Origin: an uncultured Methylomirabilota bacterium | Lineage (GTDB): Bacteria; Methylomirabilota; Methylomirabilia; Methylomirabilales; 2-02-FULL-66-22 | Length of the DNA: 64,000 nt | Assembly (NCBI GenBank): GCA_963705305.1 | Contig: OY970067.1 | Location: forward strand, 2,208,001-2,272,000 | Reading direction: 5' to 3' | In this document: one piece after another, positions 1-10,420 of the stretch | Layout: each line of letters opens with the position of its first letter | Numbering within the stretch: the first letter of the stretch is position 1 | Position numbers and translations under genes: made by a program | Notes under the pieces: generated by a model | Told to the model about the DNA's origin: nothing | Database searches by the model: none | What the model saw: the letters and a program-made list of their open reading frames with translations, nothing else

Positions 1-53
1 GCCGCCGCCAGAAGAAGGTGTCGGAATACCGTGGAGCGGACGCTGCGTCCCAT
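1..53 (-). CDS. 5' end of a possible secreted protein (truncated by window edge)
   Basis: ATG at 53 after a GGAGCGAGG-like RBS; MGRSVRSTVFRHLLLAAA resembles the start of a signal peptide. Confidence 0.3.
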   Translation of the reverse strand, partial: MGRSVRSTVFRHLLLAA

Positions 54-74
54 CGCCTCGCTCCGCAATCGAGC

Positions 75-413
75 TCAGGAAGATTCCTCCGACCCCGTGT
101 GGCCGGACGCCCCCCCGGCGGTGTCGGAGCGCTGCGAGTCCGGCCGGGCGGCCCTGGCCTCCTCGATTGCCACCCGGACGGCGGGAGGCAAGAAAATACC
201 CTCCAGGTCGAAGGCGCCGATTCCCTCGGCCAGCAGGCGGGCTTTCTCGCGCGAGGTGAGGGAGCGTTCGATGATGATGCGCCGCTCGCCGTAGATGACG
301 CACAGGCCGCCCCGCCCAGGCAATTCCTCGGTGGCGAGGGCGGCGTAGCTCACGGGAATCTGCAGCCGCTCGGCCAGGCCTTCCAGCAGCATCAGCAGCG
401 CCTCGGCATCCAT
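75..413 (-). CDS. Hypothetical protein (112 aa)
   Basis: MDAEALLMLLEGLAERLQIPV...GGLCVIYGERRIII; GAGGGG RBS; co-oriented with folP. Confidence 0.65.
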   Translation of the reverse strand: MDAEALLMLLEGLAERLQIPVSYAALATEELPGRGGLCVIYGERRIIIERSLTSREKARLLAEGIGAFDLEGIFLPPAVRVAIEEARAARPDSQRSDTAGGASGHTGSEESS

Positions 414-536
414 GTCCCCTCGCAGGGGCCTCGCCCCGGCGCGCCCGTCACACCAGGCGCGGATCCCGGCGGCGGGCCGCAGCCGCGATCGGCCCCGCGG
501 ACGCATCCGAGGCCTGCCGGAAGGGGCCGCCCGGCA

Positions 537-1376
537 TCACTCCGCCCGCAGCGCCTCGGCCACGCGGACGGCATCGCGGGTGGGACCCACGTCGTGCGTC
601 CGGATCAGATGGGCCCCGTTCAGCACGGCCACCGCCGTGGCCGCCAACGAGCCCGCCAAACGATCCGCCGGATCCGACTTCCCCAAGAGCTTGCCGAGGA
701 AGGACTTGCGGGAGAGGCCCACCCCGATCGGATGGCCCAGCGTCGCCAACTCCCGCAGCTCCCGCAAGATGGTGCAATCCCACGCATCCCACGGGAGGAA
801 TGCCGAGCGAAAGAAGCCGATGCCCGGATCCAGCACCACCCGATGCGGGGGAACCCCGGCCCGCCAGGTGATCTTCAGGCTCTCCTCCCAGAGGCCGCGC
901 ACCGTCCGAATCGGGTCCTGGGCGGAAGCGGTTAATTCCGCCGCCATGAGGATCACCCCCTGCGCCCGCCTGGCCGCCAGCTCCGCCATCTCCGGACTGT
1001 GCCGGAAGCCGGTCACGTCGTTGATCACCTGGGCGCCGGCGTCCAGGGCCGCCAGCGCCACCCGGCTGCGCCAGGTGTCGGCCGAGATGGGGACACTCAC
1101 GGATTTCCGGGCCGCGCCGATTGCCGCGACCAGCCGCCGCGTCTCCTCCGCCTCGTCGATGGCGGTCTCCAGGTAGGGGGCGCTGGACATTCCGCCGATG
1201 TCCAGGCAGTCCGCCCCCTCCCCCACCATGCGCTCCGCCTGTTCGCGGACGGCGCTCTCGCCGTCCGCGAACGAGCCCCGGTAAAACGATTCGGGGCTCA
1301 CGTTGATGACCCCCAGGATACGGACGGGAAATCCGTCGCCAAGCTCCAGACCCGCCAGGTTCGCGTACGCGGTCAT
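537..1376 (-). CDS. folP: Dihydropteroate synthase
   Basis: Motifs GVINVSPESF, DIGGMSSAP, ISADT, INDVTG, LDPGIGF, GLSRKSFLG, IRTHDV. Confidence 0.95.
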   Translation of the reverse strand: MTAYANLAGLELGDGFPVRILGVINVSPESFYRGSFADGESAVREQAERMVGEGADCLDIGGMSSAPYLETAIDEAEETRRLVAAIGAARKSVSVPISADTWRSRVALAALDAGAQVINDVTGFRHSPEMAELAARRAQGVILMAAELTASAQDPIRTVRGLWEESLKITWRAGVPPHRVVLDPGIGFFRSAFLPWDAWDCTILRELRELATLGHPIGVGLSRKSFLGKLLGKSDPADRLAGSLAATAVAVLNGAHLIRTHDVGPTRDAVRVAEALRAE

Positions 1377-1491
1377 GGGGCCCCTCCCCAAGACTGCAGG
1401 GGTCTTCCGGCCGTGCGGGAGCCTGTGCCGGTCAAAAGGGAACGGCGCCGCAGCCGTCCGGGCGCCGTCGGGCAGGCGGGGGAGCAACCCG

Positions 1492-2289
1492 TCATGCCGG
1501 CTTCTTCTCCCCGATGATCGATCGCATCATCTCGATCGGCAGCGGGAAGACGATGACGGAATTCTTCTCGGTCCCGATCTCGGACAGCGTCTGGAGGTAC
1601 CGGAGCTGGATAGTGATGGGCTCCGAGGCGATGACGTGCGCTGCCTGGGCCAGTTTCTCCGACGCCATCAGCTCGCCCTCGGCGTGGATGATCTTAGCGC
1701 GCTTTTCCCGCTCCGCCTCGGCCTGCCTGGCCATGGCCCGCTGCATCTCCTGGGGGAGGTCGATGAACTTCACCTCCACGGCGGTCACTTTGATCCCCCA
1801 GGGTCCGGTGTGCTCGTCGATGATCCGCTGGAGCTTCTGGTTGATCTTGTCCCGCTCGGAAAGGAGTTCGTCCAGTTCGGACTGGCCCAGGACGCTGCGC
1901 AAGGTGGTCTGGGCGATCTGCGAGGTGGCGAACAGGTAGTCCTCCACGGCCACCACGGCCCGCTCCGGGTCCATCACGCGGAAATAGATGACGGCGTTCA
2001 CCTTGAGCGAGACGTTATCCTTGGTGATGGTGTCCTGCGAGGGGACATCCATGGCCACGGTGCGAAGCGTGACCTTCACCATCTTGTCGATGATGGGGAG
2101 GAGCAGGATCAGGCCGGGACCGTTGCCGCTTCCGCCCGGGTTGAGGATGGCCTTGGAGAGGCGGCCGAGGCGGAAGATGACGGCGCGCTCGTACTCGCGC
2201 AGCACCTTCACCGAGCTGGCGAAGATGTAGAGGAAGATGATGAGGAGGAAAATCATCGGCACAATGGCGGCTGGCAAGAGCGTAGTCAT
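1492..2289 (-). CDS. SPFH/band-7 (slipin/stomatin-like) membrane protein
   Basis: N-terminal [64 protein letters not shown] overlap with nfeD. Confidence 0.93.
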   Translation of the reverse strand: MTTLLPAAIVPMIFLLIIFLYIFASSVKVLREYERAVIFRLGRLSKAILNPGGSGNGPGLILLLPIIDKMVKVTLRTVAMDVPSQDTITKDNVSLKVNAVIYFRVMDPERAVVAVEDYLFATSQIAQTTLRSVLGQSELDELLSERDKINQKLQRIIDEHTGPWGIKVTAVEVKFIDLPQEMQRAMARQAEAEREKRAKIIHAEGELMASEKLAQAAHVIASEPITIQLRYLQTLSEIGTEKNSVIVFPLPIEMMRSIIGEKKPA

Positions 2290-3641
2290 ACTGGCCTCCC
2301 CGAGGTGACGGAATTGGATGCTGTATCGGTGGCACGCTCCACCGGGATGACCGTCAGCGTGAGCCCGTCCACGGCCATCACCCGGACGGATGCCCCGGGA
2401 TCGATCGGGAGCTCGCTCACGGCGTTCCACAGCTCGCCGTGGAGGAAGATCTGCCCGCGCGGCTCCAGGCGGCTGCGCACGACCGCGATCTCCCCGATCA
2501 GGCCGTCCATGCCCGTGGACGTCTTGCTGAACAGGGCCCGCACCCCGGCCCCCACCACGAAGACGAAGAAGCCGGCGGTCGCGAGGGCGGTCACCAAGAT
2601 GGCGGAGATGGAGATCTGCATGTAGGGCGCGGGACTGTTGATGAGCATCATGGAGCCGAGGATCATAGCCGCGATGCCGCCCAGGGTCAGGACGCCATGG
2701 GAGAGTATCTTGATCTCGGCGATGAACAGCACGATGGCCAAGAGGATCAGCAGCACCCCGGCGTAGTTGATGGGCAGCTGCTGGAAGGCAAACAGCGCCA
2801 GGATCAGACTGATCCCACCGAGGACGCCCGGCAGGATGGCGCCGGGGGTGGTGAACTCGAAATACAGCCCGGCCAGGCCCAGGATCAGGAGCAGGTAGGC
2901 CATGGTGGGATCGGTGATGATCTTCAGGACCTGATCCCGCAGCGTCATGCCTTCGCTCCGGATGACGGCATCCTTGGTGTGGAGGGTGACTGTGCCGGCC
3001 GCCGTGGTGACGACGCGGCCGTCGATCGTCTGGAGCAGATCCGTGAGGCTGGGGCTCACCAGATCGATGAGCTTGACCTTCAGCGCCTCTTCATCCGTGA
3101 TGGACGTCGCCTTGCGCACCCACTCCTCGGCCAGGTTCACGGGCCGGCCGCGCTTCTGGGCGATCGTCCGCATATAGGCCGCCGCGTCGTTCATCACCTT
3201 CCGCTCCATGGTCTTGCCCATCTCCCCGCCGATGGCGACGGGCGAGGCGGCCCCGATGTTGGTGCTGGGGGCCATGGCGGCGATATTGGCGGCCATGGTG
3301 ATGAAGGCGCCGGCGGAGGCGGCCCGGGCGCCGCTAGGGGAGACGTAGACCACGATGGGCAGCCTGGCCGCCAGCATCTCCTTGATGATGGCCCGCATGG
3401 AGGTGTCCAGGCCTCCGGGGGTATCCAGCTGGATCACCAGAGCGGCGGCGTTGTCCTTTTCCGCGCCCTGAATGGCCGAGATCACATAGTCGGCGGCCCC
3501 GGAGGAGATCACCCCGTCCACGCGGATGACATGGATCACGGGGGTGGAGGCGAGGGCGGCAGGGCAGGTCGAGCCGATGAGCAGCAGGCCGGCGATGAAA
3601 CCGGCGAGGCGCGATACGCTTCTCATCGGAGTCGCAGGCAT
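2286..3641 (-). CDS. nfeD: NfeD family membrane-bound ClpP-class serine protease
   Basis: [22 protein letters not shown], multi-TM region, C-terminal OB-like GELWNA; adjacent to an SPFH gene. Confidence 0.93.
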   Translation of the reverse strand: MPATPMRSVSRLAGFIAGLLLIGSTCPAALASTPVIHVIRVDGVISSGAADYVISAIQGAEKDNAAALVIQLDTPGGLDTSMRAIIKEMLAARLPIVVYVSPSGARAASAGAFITMAANIAAMAPSTNIGAASPVAIGGEMGKTMERKVMNDAAAYMRTIAQKRGRPVNLAEEWVRKATSITDEEALKVKLIDLVSPSLTDLLQTIDGRVVTTAAGTVTLHTKDAVIRSEGMTLRDQVLKIITDPTMAYLLLILGLAGLYFEFTTPGAILPGVLGGISLILALFAFQQLPINYAGVLLILLAIVLFIAEIKILSHGVLTLGGIAAMILGSMMLINSPAPYMQISISAILVTALATAGFFVFVVGAGVRALFSKTSTGMDGLIGEIAVVRSRLEPRGQIFLHGELWNAVSELPIDPGASVRVMAVDGLTLTVIPVERATDTASNSVTSGRPV

Positions 3642-3690
3642 GGAGTGTCCTCGGCTCCCGTGTCTGGTGTGCAGGCTCGCCTACTTCTCA

Positions 3691-4566
3691 TCATAGCACA
3701 TCCAGATGGCGCAAGATAGCCGGAGCGATGTCGGTCAGGTCCCGGATCGTCCCTGCAGCCTGTGCGGCTCCCGCCCCCCATAGGAGGGTGGGGACCGGGT
3801 TCCGGGTGTGGCGGGTGGTGGACAGGTCCTCCAGGTTCCCGTGGTCGCTCGTCAGGACCACCAGGGTGCCGGAGAGATCCGACGCGGAGAGGACGGCATC
3901 CAGGAAGTCCTCCAGATTCTCCAGCACCTCGACCGCGTGAAACATATCCTGGGCGTGGCCGGCGCGATCGGTGAGGAAATGCTCGTACATGGTGAAGGCC
4001 TGGGTGGCCGCCAGCCGCGCCAGCCGCCGCCCCGCCTCCTCCGGGGTAACGGGCGGCAGAACGTAGCCCCGCTCGGGCAGCAGCCGGTTGGTGAAGTCGT
4101 GAAAGACCGCCTCGCCGCGAGCCAGGTCCTCCAGCGTCCTCAGCGGCAGCCCCGCCCGCAGGACGGCGACGGTGCTCACCGAGAGAAACCGGGGCCGTTG
4201 CTCGAAGAAGCGCGGGGTGTAGGCATTGGCGAAGGTCGCCCGGCCCCCGGCGGCGGCGACCCGGCTGAAGAGCGAGCGGCCGTCCAAAAGCTCCGCCAGC
4301 GAGCTGGTGCAGTAGCCGTTGATGTGGCGGCCGACGGCCGCCGGGGCGTTCAGGCCGGCCAGGATCGCCGTCTGCCCGGTGGCGCTCTGGGGAAGCCCGT
4401 CCACACCCAGGCAGGCATCCGTCACCGCCAGGGCCGCCGTCGGGTCGGATACCGGACGGTCGCGGAGGACGCGCAGGCGCCGCAGGCGGGCCCGGGCGAC
4501 GGGATTCGTCGCCGGGTCGTCCTCTCCCAGGCCCAGCCCATCCACGAAGATCAGCAGAGCAGGCAT
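3691..4566 (-). CDS. Alkaline-phosphatase-superfamily metalloenzyme (iPGM/phosphopentomutase-like)
   Basis: FVDGLG, PQSATGQT, TDRAGH, TSDHGN, HTRNPVP metal-binding motifs. Confidence 0.8.
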   Translation of the reverse strand: MPALLIFVDGLGLGEDDPATNPVARARLRRLRVLRDRPVSDPTAALAVTDACLGVDGLPQSATGQTAILAGLNAPAAVGRHINGYCTSSLAELLDGRSLFSRVAAAGGRATFANAYTPRFFEQRPRFLSVSTVAVLRAGLPLRTLEDLARGEAVFHDFTNRLLPERGYVLPPVTPEEAGRRLARLAATQAFTMYEHFLTDRAGHAQDMFHAVEVLENLEDFLDAVLSASDLSGTLVVLTSDHGNLEDLSTTRHTRNPVPTLLWGAGAAQAAGTIRDLTDIAPAILRHLDVL

Positions 4567-4572
4567 GGCCCC

Positions 4573-6588
4573 TCAGGATCCCGCAGCCGTCCGGCGATTC
4601 AGCGGGCCGGGGTCGGCGACCGCTCGGGGGCGGGCGCGGCTCGGCATCTCCCCCGCCCCGAAGAACACCTGCAGGTCGGCGCGCTCCGTCGTCACAGGGC
4701 AGGGGGGGAGGCTCTCCAGAAAGGCCCGACCGTACGAGCGGGAGAGCAGGCGGCCGTCCAGGATGCACAGGGCGCCGCGGTCCTGGGCGCTCCGGATCAA
4801 CCGTCCCAGTCCCTGCCGGAGCGTGATGATGGCGGCCGGCACCTGATACTCCCAGAAGGGGTCGCCGCCGCGCTGACGGATGTGCTCCAGCCGGGCCTCC
4901 AGAATCGGCTCGCCCGGGAAGCCGAAAGGCAGCCTGTGCACGATGAGACAGCTCAGCGCCTCCCCGACCACGTCCACCCCCTGCCAGAAGCTTCGCGTGG
5001 CAAACAGGACGGAGGCCACCTCCCTCCGGAAGCGCTCCAGCAGCTGCGTGCGCGGGGCCTGCCCCTGGACCAGGAGCGGGAACTCCAGGCGGCCTTCCAG
5101 CAGACGGGCGGAGGTCTCCATGGCCTCCGTGCTGGTGAAGAGCACCAGGCCGCGGCCCCGGGTGATCTCCAGGATCTCGCCGATCTCGCCGGCGGCGGCC
5201 GCGACGAAGGCGGGATCCTGCGGATCTGGCAGATGCCTCGCCACGTAGAGGGTGGCCTGGCTGGCATGGTCGAAGGGGGATCCCGCAGAAAACTCCCGTG
5301 CGTCCTGGATGCCCAGCCGCCCACGCAGGAAATCGAAGCGGCCGCCCGCGACGAGGGTAGCGGACGTGAGGACGACCGTATCGGCGGAGTTCAGGATGGT
5401 CCGCCGGAAGTCGTCGGCAACGTCCAGAGGGGAGATCCGGAGGCAGAGACTCCGTCCCCGCCGCTCGATCCAGCGCACCACCGGAGGCCCGCCGTCCCCG
5501 TCCGGCGCCGAAGGCGGCAGGGCCAGGAACTCGCGCAAGGTCGCGGCCTGCTCGCGTGCGCGCCGGGCACAGGCCAGCAGCCCCTCCGGCTTCTCCGTTG
5601 CCGCCTGGATCAGATCGTGGAGGAGATACAGACCGCGAGCCAGGTCGCCTCCGGCGTCCCCGCAGGGTCCCTCCAGATCGCCCGGGCCGAGGCGTCGCGC
5701 TGCCTCGGGAAGCTCCAGCGACCCGAAGAAGCGCGCCGACGATTCGGCCAGCCTCGTCGCGTGCGTGACAATGTCGCGCCCGGCGGCGGAGAGAACGGCC
5801 CCCTCGCGATGGACATCGTGCAGGAGCCGGTCGATGCGGGAATCGCTGATCTCTGTCCCGAAGAAATCCGTCGCCACCTCCTCGAGTAGATGCGCTTCGT
5901 CTAGGATCAGGATCGCACAGGAGGGGATCACCTGGAAGAGACTGGTGTCCCGCAGGACGGCATCGGCGAGGAAGAGGTGGTGGTTGACGATGACGAGATC
6001 GGCGGCGGCGGCCTCCTGGCGCATGCGGGTGAGAAAGCAGGTCTCGTAGTCCTCGCAGGAGGTGCCCTGGCAGGTCTCGGACCAGGCCGCGATACCATCC
6101 CAGAGGGGGTCGTTCTCCGAGAGGAAATCCAGTTCGGCCCGATCCCCGCGCGGCGAGGTGGCCGACCAGCGCTGAATGTTCTGCAGGGTCTGCCGGTCCC
6201 GGCGGGTGGGGGCCTCCGCCAGGCGGCGACGCAGGCTCCGGCGGCAGAGGTAGTTGCCGCGTCCCTTCATGAGACTGACCTCGAACGCGTCAGGAAGGAT
6301 CGAGGTCAGCAGCGGGATATCCTTGAAAAACAGCTGCTCCTGGAGGGGCTTGGTGCCGGTGGCGACCACTGTTTTCCGCCCGGACAAGAGGGCGGGGACC
6401 AGGTAGGCGAGGGTCTTTCCGGTCCCCGTGCCCGCCTCGGCCAGGAGTGTGCCTCCGGCGGTGATGGCCTGATCCACGGCCCGCGCCATCTGAAGCTGGG
6501 ACGGCCGGTATTCGAGCTCGGGAAGCCGCGCCGCCAGCCGGCCCTTGGGTCCGAAGATGTCCGAGAGATCCGTTTTGGGCTGCGTCAT
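4573..6588 (-). CDS. dinG: DinG/YoaA family ATP-dependent helicase
   Basis: Q motif RPSQ, EAGTGTGKT, KGRGNYLC with Fe-S cysteines, DEAH, TSATL, FWQGVDV, QGLGRLIR. Confidence 0.9.
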   Translation of the reverse strand: MTQPKTDLSDIFGPKGRLAARLPELEYRPSQLQMARAVDQAITAGGTLLAEAGTGTGKTLAYLVPALLSGRKTVVATGTKPLQEQLFFKDIPLLTSILPDAFEVSLMKGRGNYLCRRSLRRRLAEAPTRRDRQTLQNIQRWSATSPRGDRAELDFLSENDPLWDGIAAWSETCQGTSCEDYETCFLTRMRQEAAAADLVIVNHHLFLADAVLRDTSLFQVIPSCAILILDEAHLLEEVATDFFGTEISDSRIDRLLHDVHREGAVLSAAGRDIVTHATRLAESSARFFGSLELPEAARRLGPGDLEGPCGDAGGDLARGLYLLHDLIQAATEKPEGLLACARRAREQAATLREFLALPPSAPDGDGGPPVVRWIERRGRSLCLRISPLDVADDFRRTILNSADTVVLTSATLVAGGRFDFLRGRLGIQDAREFSAGSPFDHASQATLYVARHLPDPQDPAFVAAAAGEIGEILEITRGRGLVLFTSTEAMETSARLLEGRLEFPLLVQGQAPRTQLLERFRREVASVLFATRSFWQGVDVVGEALSCLIVHRLPFGFPGEPILEARLEHIRQRGGDPFWEYQVPAAIITLRQGLGRLIRSAQDRGALCILDGRLLSRSYGRAFLESLPPCPVTTERADLQVFFGAGEMPSRARPRAVADPGPLNRRTAAGS

Positions 6589-6641
6589 TCGTGTCAGGGT
6601 TGCCCGGCTGCGTCGGCCACCGTCATGCCCCCCGTCGCCAT

Positions 6642-6900
6642 TAGCAGGACACTGAATTACACGTTTTCGCCCAGGCTGCTCAAAAAGGCCCAGATGTCCC
6701 TCGACTTCGCTCGGGACCGTGAGCCCGCCGAACGGCAAGGCGCCGTCACCCATCCCTCGGGATGGGTACCCGCCGCGGGGCACCCACCGGAGGTGGGTCG
6801 GAGGCGTACTTAACCGGTACGCCGCAGCGCCGCGCGAGCGCGGGGGGTACCCGACCAAAGGACGGGTCTCCGCAGATGGGTCTTTTTCAGCAGCATGTTA
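6642..6900 (-). mobile_element. MITE-like element, copy A (reverse orientation)
   Basis: Inverted termini CAGGCTGCTCAAAAA (6672) and TTTTTCAGCAGCATG (to 6897); core shared with the copies at 10421 and 46632; abuts the mazG stop. Confidence 0.75.
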
Positions 6901-7692
6901 CCGCCCCTGCGCCTTGGCCTCGTCCCAGAGGGCGTCCATCTCCCGGAGCGTCGTCTGGTTGAGCGAGGTCCCGCGGCGCGCGAGCTCCTCCTCGATGTAC
7001 TGGAAGCGGGCGATGAAGCGGGCGATCGTCTTTCGGAGCGCCTCTTCGGGGTTGACCGCGATGAAGCGGCCGAGGTTGACCAGGCTGAAGAGGAGGTCGC
7101 CCAGCTCGGCCTCCATCCGTTCGGGCTGCCGCTCGCCGATGGCCGCCTTGAGCTCGCCGTATTCCTCCTCGACCTTTCGGAGGACCGGCTCGACCTCCGC
7201 CCAGTCGAAGCCGGCGCGGGAGGCCTTCTCCTGCAGGCGGTGCGCCTGGAGCAGCGCCGGGAGATCCCGCGGAACGCCGTCCAGCAGGGAGGCGCGCCCC
7301 CGGGTGTGCTGCCGCTCGGTCTTCTTGATCTGCTCCCAGTTGAACAGGACCTCTTGGGCCGTGTCGGCCTGCACGTCGCCAAACACGTGCGGGTGGCGTC
7401 GGATCAGCTTCTCGGCAATTGCCCTGAGAACATCCGCGATGCCGAAGAGTCCGGCCTCTTCGGCCATCTCTGCGTGGAAGACGACCTGCAGCAGGACGTC
7501 CCCCAGCTCTTCGCAGAGCTTGCCGGCATCCCCCTCGTCGATCGCCTCCAGGACCTCATACGTCTCCTCGACGAAGTAGGGCTTGATGCTCTCGTGGGTC
7601 TGCTGCCGGTCCCAGGGGCACCCGTTCTCGCCCCGCAGCCGGGCCATGATTCTGACCAGTTCCTCGAACAGCGGGCCGGCGGATTCAGCCAC
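6898..7692 (-). CDS. mazG: Nucleoside triphosphate pyrophosphohydrolase MazG
   Basis: GCPWDRQQT, EETYEV, EELGDVLLQ, KLIRRHPHVF, GFDW, ELGDLLF; GTG start with GGAGG RBS. Confidence 0.95.
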   Translation of the reverse strand: MAESAGPLFEELVRIMARLRGENGCPWDRQQTHESIKPYFVEETYEVLEAIDEGDAGKLCEELGDVLLQVVFHAEMAEEAGLFGIADVLRAIAEKLIRRHPHVFGDVQADTAQEVLFNWEQIKKTERQHTRGRASLLDGVPRDLPALLQAHRLQEKASRAGFDWAEVEPVLRKVEEEYGELKAAIGERQPERMEAELGDLLFSLVNLGRFIAVNPEEALRKTIARFIARFQYIEEELARRGTSLNQTTLREMDALWDEAKAQGR

Positions 7693-7789
7693 GGTCAGGG
7701 TCCTCCCAGGTATGTGCCGGTACGCGGGGTCGTGAGCCCGGCGGAAAGACAGGGGCGGCCGATCGGCCGCCTCGGCAGATCCGGTTCGT

Positions 7790-7818
7790 ACCATACGAGG
7801 AAAGCACCGAACCGGCAA
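7790..7818 (-). promoter_or_regulatory. Putative sigma70 promoter for the mazG block
   Basis: TTGCCG-N17-TATGGT on the minus strand. Confidence 0.35.
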
Positions 7819-7884
7819 GGAGAAATGTCGCCGAGGGGGGGAGGCGGCGGGGCGCCTGCGAAGGCGACTCGGGCCGAGCCACGG

Positions 7885-9318
7885 CTAAAACTGATGGCCG
7901 AGCTGCAGATAGAACAGGCTGGATTCTTTGCTGAATCCGTAGTCAAAGCTGATGATCGTAGCGAGGTTCCAGATCAGTCGCAGGCCGATGCCGGCGGAAG
8001 CCTTCCAGTCGTTTGCGCTGAATTCGGCGATCCGGTCAAACACCCGGCCGGCGTCCACGAAGGGCACCAGCATGAACTGCAGGTTCTGCCGCAACGCGGC
8101 GACCTCGAAGGCGGTCCAGCGGAGCTCGAGGCTCCCGTGCATCTCCACGTTCCCCACGAACCGATTGTCGTAGTAGCCGCGGAGGGTGCTCCAGCCTCCC
8201 AGCCCCTCCTTGGCCTCGTCCCCCGGGACGGCCAGGCTGGAAAGCGCATAGAACGGCGCGTCCCCGAAATGGGCCGAATAAACCACGTTGGCGGCCAGGA
8301 CCAGCCGCGTCACCTTCGGGATGAGGGGATGGTAGCCCTGCAGGCCCACCGTGAGGTGACCGAAGTAGGAGTTCCCCCCCACCCATGGCGAGGTCCCTTC
8401 CAGGAGGGCCTGGCCCACGATGCCGGAGGTCGGGTTGGGCTCGTAGTCGCGGGAGTCATAGGTGAGGCCAACGCGGGCGAAGTTGAGCCATCCCCCGTCG
8501 AAGCCCCGAATGGATCCGTTCCGGTAGTCCTGGTAGAGCAGCGTCTCCTGATTCACCGCCCCGTTCACTATTGAGCCGGTGTAATCCCGGACATCCACGT
8601 GGGAGACCTGGAAGCCGATCAGCGGACGCAGGAGGCCTCCCCACAGGCTGCGCTCCAGGTTGAAGACGAGCAGGGGCTGGCGCCGGTCATACGAGTTGTA
8701 GCGGGCCCAGGTCTCGCCATTGCGGACTTCGTTGAGGGCGTCAAAGTAGCTGCTCGTGCGCTGGTAGGTCACCCCGGGTGTTCCCGGAAAGCTGAGCTGC
8801 CCGAGCGTCTTCTCGCCCACCCCGAAGTAGTCCGCATACTTGTCCTCGTAGAAGGCTGCGTGGGCTCGGATGCGCCAGGGGGAGCCGGCGATGTAGGGCT
8901 GATCGTACTCGAGAATGTACTCCTGATAGCCCTCGGTGCTGGCATCGGCGGTCAGGTTGATCATTCTTTCATACGGGGCATAATAGAAGAGGGGGTTGTC
9001 CTTGGAGCCGTTGTCGTACCACTGGATGCTGGCCCCCAGGGACACCCCGGTCTCCGGATCGCTGGCAATCACCGGAATGCCCGTGAAGTAGCTCCCCTCC
9101 TGTTTTTTTTCCAGGATGAACGCGGGGATGGGATGCAGGTTGCTCACGAGATCCGGCGGCGGCGGAATCGAAGGGGCTTCGGTGTCCGCCGGCATGGCCG
9201 GACCCGGCCGCAGCAGAAAGGACAGGCAGGCGCCCAGAAAAAGCAGCAGCGCGAGGCTGGAATAGGCAGGGGCGAGAGGACCCTTGCTGGATGACGAGAC
9301 GCGGTTCCTGTTTGGCAT
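7885..9318 (-). CDS. Omp85/BamA-TamA superfamily outer-membrane beta-barrel protein
   Basis: Signal peptide; YDSRD..NPTSG; LRGYYDNRF (VRGY-like loop); PFVDAGRV; C-terminal ...LQLGHQF. Confidence 0.8.
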   Translation of the reverse strand: MPNRNRVSSSSKGPLAPAYSSLALLLFLGACLSFLLRPGPAMPADTEAPSIPPPPDLVSNLHPIPAFILEKKQEGSYFTGIPVIASDPETGVSLGASIQWYDNGSKDNPLFYYAPYERMINLTADASTEGYQEYILEYDQPYIAGSPWRIRAHAAFYEDKYADYFGVGEKTLGQLSFPGTPGVTYQRTSSYFDALNEVRNGETWARYNSYDRRQPLLVFNLERSLWGGLLRPLIGFQVSHVDVRDYTGSIVNGAVNQETLLYQDYRNGSIRGFDGGWLNFARVGLTYDSRDYEPNPTSGIVGQALLEGTSPWVGGNSYFGHLTVGLQGYHPLIPKVTRLVLAANVVYSAHFGDAPFYALSSLAVPGDEAKEGLGGWSTLRGYYDNRFVGNVEMHGSLELRWTAFEVAALRQNLQFMLVPFVDAGRVFDRIAEFSANDWKASAGIGLRLIWNLATIISFDYGFSKESSLFYLQLGHQF

Positions 9319-9604
9319 CGATAGTGGCACGCGGGTCGCCGAATCTCGCTAACCGGATAGACGGCGGGGTCGGCAAGAGGGGGCCGACTGCTCGGACCCC
9401 TGCAACCTCTCCGCACGACAGTCGCGTACGATGACGCGGCGAGCGCCGGACTGTCAAGGCAAAACCTCCCGAGTTCCGTCCGCCGGACATGCAGGGAAGC
9501 ATGCCGGCCCCTTCCCTGGGCCGGCGCCCGCGAGGCCACCGGCCCTTAGCGGCGTCGGATTGGCCCTTGCCACCGAGAGAACGGTCTGGTATAGATTCCC
9601 AGCG

Positions 9605-10321
9605 ATGAGACGAGTCGAATCGGCAGCCCTCGCCGCCCTGGCCGGAGGCGTGCTCCTCCTGTCGGTGGCCGTCTGTGCGCAATCGGCCGTCTACGTCTAC
9701 GTGGACGGACAGGGCACGGCCCACTTCACCGATGCGCCCACCAAGCCCTACTTTCAGCGGCTGCCGGCCTTCGGCCTGCCGCCGGGAGTCGACCTCGTCC
9801 ACGGGCAGTATGCGGACCTCATCAACGCCATCGCGGGGGAGTACGCCGTGGATCCGGCGCTGGTGAGGGCCATCATCAAGGCCGAGTCCAACTTCAACCA
9901 GAGCGCAGTCTCCCGCAAGGGGGCCCAGGGGCTGATGCAGCTCATGCCGGGCACGGCGGATCGGTACGCCGTGGGCGACGCCTTCGATCCGGGCGCCAAC
10001 ATTCGCGGAGGTGTCCAGCATCTGCGGGCGTTGCAGGATCAGTTTCCCGGCCAGCTCCGCCTGGTACTAGCGGCCTACAACGCGGGCGAGAGCGCCGTTC
10101 TGCGGTACAACGGGGTTCCGCCGTATGCCGAGACGCGGCAGTACGTCGCCCGCGTCCTGCGCTACTACGGACGCTCCGGCTCTGCCCCCCGCGATCCCGC
10201 CGCACCGGCCTCGGGACGTCGCGGCAAGGACGGCCCGGCACGGCGCATCGCCTCCACCCCGGGCGTCTACCGGCAGACAACCGCCGAGGGAACCCTCCTC
10301 TACACCAACGTTCCCCGCTAG
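9605..10321 (+). CDS. Lytic transglycosylase (SLT domain) with DUF4124-like segments
   Basis: AIIKAESNF, GAQGLMQLMP, AAYNAG, ETRQYV; signal peptide; YVYVDGQGTAHFTD and VYRQTTAEGTLLYTN. Confidence 0.9.
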   Translation: MRRVESAALAALAGGVLLLSVAVCAQSAVYVYVDGQGTAHFTDAPTKPYFQRLPAFGLPPGVDLVHGQYADLINAIAGEYAVDPALVRAIIKAESNFNQSAVSRKGAQGLMQLMPGTADRYAVGDAFDPGANIRGGVQHLRALQDQFPGQLRLVLAAYNAGESAVLRYNGVPPYAETRQYVARVLRYYGRSGSAPRDPAAPASGRRGKDGPARRIASTPGVYRQTTAEGTLLYTNVPR

Positions 10322-10385
10322 CCCTCTGCACCCCGCCGCATCGTCTCCGAACGACCTCCGCCGCCGCGAGCCGCCGGCCTTTCCC

Positions 10386-10414
10386 TTGACAGGCCTTACC
10401 CCCCGGACTAGACT
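10386..10414 (+). promoter_or_regulatory. Sigma70 promoter upstream of the glyA operon
   Basis: TTGACA-N17-TAGACT. Confidence 0.65.
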
Positions 10415-10420
10415 CGGCCA

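Noticed and set aside
1492..3641. nfeD-SPFH pair, and ccsA within the hem operon, as novel systems
   Set aside because: Both are well-known conserved arrangements
6589..6858. 90-aa N-terminal extension of DinG in the ORF track
   Set aside because: It is read-through of MITE copy A; homology starts at Met 6588
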